Assembly: GCA_044356215.1 (NCBI GenBank)
Contig: JBIKWQ010000129.1
Coordinates: 1 to 17,157 of the forward strand
Reading direction: 5' to 3'
Source: Bdellovibrionota bacterium
GTDB lineage: Bacteria > Bdellovibrionota_C > UBA2361 > OMII01
Length of the DNA stretch: 17,157 nucleotides
Shown: positions 14,187 to 17,157 of the stretch, one piece after another
How the letters are laid out: the number at the start of each line of letters is the position of its first letter
Numbering within the stretch: the first letter of the stretch is position 1
Made by a program: the position numbers and the translations under genes
The notes under the pieces: generated by a model
Seen by the model: the letters and a program-made list of their open reading frames with translations, nothing else
Databases searched by the model: none
What the model was told of the DNA's origin: nothing

Positions 14187-15296
14187 CTATAGTAACTTAA
14201 ACGAACTATCCCTTCTGCGAGGCTCAAAGCCCGCTTGGCGAATGTGGAGCTCAAGCTCCTCTGGGCTCATGCTCCATTTCTGAGCGGTTGGCGCGCCGGC
14301 TTGGCTTACGACGTTCTCTTCCATCATCGTGCTGCCGATGTCATCGCAGCCAGCATGGAGACCTATCTCAGCGACGTAAGCTCCGCAAGTCGGCCAGCTT
14401 GATTGATGGTGTTTAATATTGTCTAGGACCACACGGGACCATGCGACGTTTTTTAAATATTCTACAGCTCCCGCGCCGTATTTAGCGACGTGTCTACTCC
14501 GTCCCAGTGATGTTCGTTCATTAAATTGATGAGTCCACGAGATAAAGAGATTAAACCCTTCATGCCCGGCGCGGATACTCTCATCTTGTAGGTCGCGTAG
14601 CTTCTCAAGGTGCCCGAGTCGCTGCTCGATGCTCTCGCCAAAGCCGATCACCATTGTAGCGGTAGTCACTAGATCAAGCGATTGAGCCTCGCGCATAATC
14701 TCTAACCATCTAGCCGCGCCGATCTTCTTTGGACTGACACGGCGACGGATATCGTCATCGAGGATCTCCGCGCCTCCTCCTGGAAGTCCATACAGACCTC
14801 GCGCCTTAAGGTCGCTTAAAACCTGAAGTGAACTCTTTCCGGACACCAGAGTCATCTGATGGATCTCTGATGGCGAGAAGGCGTTAAGTTGAAGCGAATA
14901 ACGCGAGCTTAGCCACTCAATCATATCGAGGTAGAACTCATACGGAAGCTCGTCGTTGTGTCCACCTTGTAAAAGAATCCGCGACGCGCCTAAAGCAACC
15001 GCCTCATCTACTTTGGTGGCGAGAGCCTCACGAGATATCACATACGCCTCAGGATCACGCGGATTGTGGCGATAGAAAGCGCAGAAAGAGCAGTCGGAGT
15101 TGCAGACGTTTGTGTAGTTGATATTGCGGTCGATTAAGTATGTTACTCTCGGCTCCGGGTTGTGACGAAAGCGAATCTTCTGAGCCAGGGTGGCTAACTC
15201 TGTAAAATCAAAGAGGCGCCACGCGGCTAAAGCCTCATCGTGGTTAAGTCTTGTCCCCGAGGAGATCTTCTCTGCTATGTCTTGTTTGTTAAACAC
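14187..15296 (-). CDS. mqnC: Radical SAM CofH/MqnC family, probable cyclic dehypoxanthine futalosine synthase
   Basis: IDRNINYTNVCNSDCSFCAFYR (CX3CX2C), LLQGGHN, PGGGAEIL, TTATMVIG, DDIGSTMMEENVVSQAGA; the MEENVV tail is MqnC-like. GTG start with upstream AGGAG. Confidence 0.85.
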   Translation of the reverse strand: MFNKQDIAEKISSGTRLNHDEALAAWRLFDFTELATLAQKIRFRHNPEPRVTYLIDRNINYTNVCNSDCSFCAFYRHNPRDPEAYVISREALATKVDEAVALGASRILLQGGHNDELPYEFYLDMIEWLSSRYSLQLNAFSPSEIHQMTLVSGKSSLQVLSDLKARGLYGLPGGGAEILDDDIRRRVSPKKIGAARWLEIMREAQSLDLVTTATMVIGFGESIEQRLGHLEKLRDLQDESIRAGHEGFNLFISWTHQFNERTSLGRSRHVAKYGAGAVEYLKNVAWSRVVLDNIKHHQSSWPTCGAYVAEIGLHAGCDDIGSTMMEENVVSQAGAPTAQKWSMSPEELELHIRQAGFEPRRRDSSFKLL

Positions 15297-15329
15297 TTTT
15301 TAAATAGCTCCCTGAAAATAGTTGTCGCC

Positions 15330-15358
15330 ATTATGAATCATTTCCGGCAGCGGGGCAA
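15330..15358 (-). promoter_or_regulatory. Putative sigma70 promoter of mqnC
   Basis: Minus strand TTGCCC-17 nt-CATAAT followed by GGCG, the same downstream bases as the promoter at 12368-12395. Confidence 0.5.
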
Positions 15359-15481
15359 AAAGCAGAGGATTCAGGAGGTTATCAAAGTCTTTTCCTTATA
15401 AGCAACTTTTACCGCGCGCGTTACGAACATAGTAAATCGGGACTAATTGGTGAAGTAACCAACTACGAGGGAGGAGGATCT

Positions 15482-15934
15482 ATGGACACCTTTAATTCAA
15501 ATTCCAAACAGAGAGATATGTTAACAAAGCCAACGGAGCCAAGAGAAAAGGTATTCTGGCTAATCGATCAGATAAACAATTATCGCTCGATTTATGGAAG
15601 CCAGTGTATCTACGACAGCCTCTTAATTGAGCTAGGCAAGACGATTGAGGGGCTCTATGCTGACTGGCTGCGTCAGAAGAAGCTCACAGATGAGTTGACC
15701 AATTATCAGGTAGTCGTTTTGCCGTATGTGAGTTTTAGATTCTTAACCGCGCGAGGGAGAAAAGAGGTCGATATCTGGAGAGCTAACGCCGGCCAGATAA
15801 AGAGACTCGTTGATGGGTTGTTAGAGGAGGTGCTTGAGCTACCTGATAATCCGATTGTGAGAGCGATGGTTAAAGAGACTGTAGTGATATTTCTAAAGTT
15901 TATGCGGGAATTTCAGGAGGTGAGGGTGCAGTAG
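15482..15934 (+). CDS. Hypothetical protein (150 aa, predicted helical)
   Basis: Strong SD (GGAGGAGG atct ATG), no overlap with neighbours; no family recognised. Confidence 0.75.
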   Translation: MDTFNSNSKQRDMLTKPTEPREKVFWLIDQINNYRSIYGSQCIYDSLLIELGKTIEGLYADWLRQKKLTDELTNYQVVVLPYVSFRFLTARGRKEVDIWRANAGQIKRLVDGLLEEVLELPDNPIVRAMVKETVVIFLKFMREFQEVRVQ

Positions 15935-15964
15935 TTGCTCGGCCACCTCGTAAGGAGAGATCCG

Positions 15965-16270
15965 CTAATCCAAAGCAACTCTCTCCTTAAAGACTCCATC
16001 CCTGTAAGCTTCCGCTAAATCGGATTCTCTAACTAAGTCAATTCGAAAAGGTAGGGTGCTCTCCTCGAGTTTTTCGGAGATCCGACTGATGAGAGCTGGA
16101 TCCAAGATACCCTCGATTAAAAGATCGAGATCAGAAAACTCAGTGAAATCACCTCGAGCGCGAGAGCCGAACACCCAAAGTTTTACGCCTGCTTCCCGCA
16201 TGGGCAGCAGAAGTATCTGACCAATTAGGCTCCAATGTGCTTCGCTTATGCCGAATCTCTGAGGGCTCAT
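15965..16270 (-). CDS. Minimal nucleotidyltransferase (MNT, MntA/HI0073-like antitoxin)
   Basis: FGSRARGDFTEFSDLDL (GS-x10-DxD), LPFRIDLV; ATGA overlap with the upstream HEPN gene. Confidence 0.88.
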   Translation of the reverse strand: MSPQRFGISEAHWSLIGQILLLPMREAGVKLWVFGSRARGDFTEFSDLDLLIEGILDPALISRISEKLEESTLPFRIDLVRESDLAEAYRDGVFKERVALD

Positions 16271-16653
16271 CTAGCTTGCTCGATCGCGCGCACCAAATCA
16301 TCCGCGAAGGATGGAAGAATTAGAGCGCTAGAATACACTTCCTCAGCGAGAGACTCCTTGTATGTGTGACTGGACAAATTTCGCGCGTCAACAAATTTGA
16401 TCCATGCTTCAGGATCCTTAATCAGCCCAAGTCGAGCTCCCTCGCGAAATGTGTTCTTTGGGGTTAAAACCTCACTTATACCTGATGACCTTATGTGTCT
16501 TTGCAAAACCTTCCAGCTAAGTTCTACGGTGAATTCGAACCTTTGTATTACTGAGTCCCGAATCACATCGGATTTAGGTAGGGCTAGAGCCTCCTTCAGT
16601 CGGGTGATTGCGCGCTTTAATTCGTCTAGCTTATTTTCGGCGCCGTAGGTCAT
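16267..16653 (-). CDS. HEPN protein, HI0074 nucleotidyltransferase substrate-binding family (HepT-like toxin)
   Basis: RDSVIQRFEFTVELSWK, PKNTFREG, RNLSSHTY (R-x4-H-x-Y HEPN RNase motif). Confidence 0.9.
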   Translation of the reverse strand: MTYGAENKLDELKRAITRLKEALALPKSDVIRDSVIQRFEFTVELSWKVLQRHIRSSGISEVLTPKNTFREGARLGLIKDPEAWIKFVDARNLSSHTYKESLAEEVYSSALILPSFADDLVRAIEQAR

Positions 16654-16685
16654 TTGTAAACTCGGGTATTCAATAATCAGCCGCC

Positions 16686-16715
16686 AGATTAACCAGAATC
16701 CCCCTGGATTCGCAA
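16686..16715 (-). promoter_or_regulatory. Putative promoter of the HEPN-MNT operon with an inverted repeat over the spacer
   Basis: Minus strand TTGCGA-18 nt-TAATCT; GAATCC-ccct-GGATTC at 16696-16711. Confidence 0.4.
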
Positions 16716-16822
16716 GAAATTTTACCAGATCAGCTACTTTCTATGGACGCGTCATCAGTCTGCGCATTAGGATGTCTTTGCCCCTCTCTGACGAAATAGT
16801 TTCATAATCAAAAGTCTCTAGC

Positions 16823-17047
16823 ATGCTGCCTCCTGAAATCTCACTCGATTTTCTGCTTAAAAACATAGCTCGCAAAGGTTGCGGCGCTGCGCGCTATCTC
16901 GAGATGGAGTTTAACTTGGCAGAGGCTTTAGATCTTCGAAAGCTTATATCGTTAGAGGCAGTGGGCGAGCCTTTGCGACCTCTTAGCGAAAAGCTCGATT
17001 ATTTTACACCCCATGAATACGTAAAAGCTGGGGCGCCTTATGGCTGA
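16823..17047 (+). pseudogene. Hypothetical gene probably truncated by IS insertion
   Basis: 74-codon ORF whose TGA (17045-17047) lies inside the IS terminal repeat that begins at 17044. Confidence 0.45.
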
Positions 17048-17157
17048 CTATTACCCACATTTTCCAACCATAGATTCATAGAGTTCAGTCATAGAGGCTA
17101 GTCGTTGCCAGCCGCGCCACAAAGCGGTGCAACCGGGAGGTGGATCGAGTCTCCTTG
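17044..17157 (-). mobile_element. End of an IS4-family (IS50/Tn5-like) insertion sequence, continuing beyond the window
   Basis: 17044-17062 CTGACTATTACCCACATTT matches the IS50 outside end CTGACTCTTATACACAAGT at 14/19; the transposase stop codon lies within it. Confidence 0.85.
17051..17157 (-). CDS. IS4-family transposase, C-terminal fragment (Tn5-type dimerisation region)
   Basis: Manual translation from 17155: RRLDPPPGCTALWRGWQRLASMTELYESMVGKCG*, matching the D-x-P-P-G-x3-LWRGW-x-RL pattern of IS50-group transposases; TAA at 17053-17051. Confidence 0.85.
   Translation of the reverse strand, partial: RRLDPPPGCTALWRGWQRLASMTELYESMVGKCG

Noticed and set aside
14187..15296. Assignment as CofH (F420) or MqnE
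   Set aside because: IDRNINYTN, LLQGG and STMMEENVV fit MqnC better and no cofG is adjacent; an HMM comparison is needed to be definitive.
2496..16648. Remaining short ORFs nested in or antisense to assigned genes (e.g. 2496-2894, 3486-3800, 6063-6296, 7448-7717, 9188-9520, 10804-11106, 11895-12339, 13034-13388, 16397-16648)
   Set aside because: They overlap well-supported genes and show no motifs or translation signals.
17104..17154. Hairpins suggesting an ncRNA at the window end
   Set aside because: Better explained as IS4 transposase coding sequence on the minus strand.

Overview
Bacterial genomic window, mostly housekeeping and stress genes with accessory material at both ends. Left to right: the 3' part of a very large Pro/Thr-repeat (TPTN/TPTD) protein with a cysteine-containing C-terminal region; a stand-alone TonB; an Fe-S cryptochrome/photolyase (PhrB-like) with a DUF2256 partner; an operon of lysA plus one 803-aa ORF fusing a DapF-family epimerase (both catalytic Cys replaced by Ser) to a meso-DAP-type MurE ligase; a small orphan ORF behind a perfect palindrome; roxA/ycfD; a 202-aa orphan; a TrmJ-like methyltransferase; an uncharacterised '3-methyladenine glycosylase'-annotated family protein; mqnC; a 150-aa orphan; a HEPN-MNT toxin-antitoxin pair; and the end of an IS50/Tn5-like IS4 element, missing from the ORF track, which appears to truncate a gene. 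The most notable item is the lysA + DapF(Ser/Ser)-MurE fusion, which puts the producer and both consumers of meso-DAP in one locus. All assignments come from motif recognition by eye; no searches were run.
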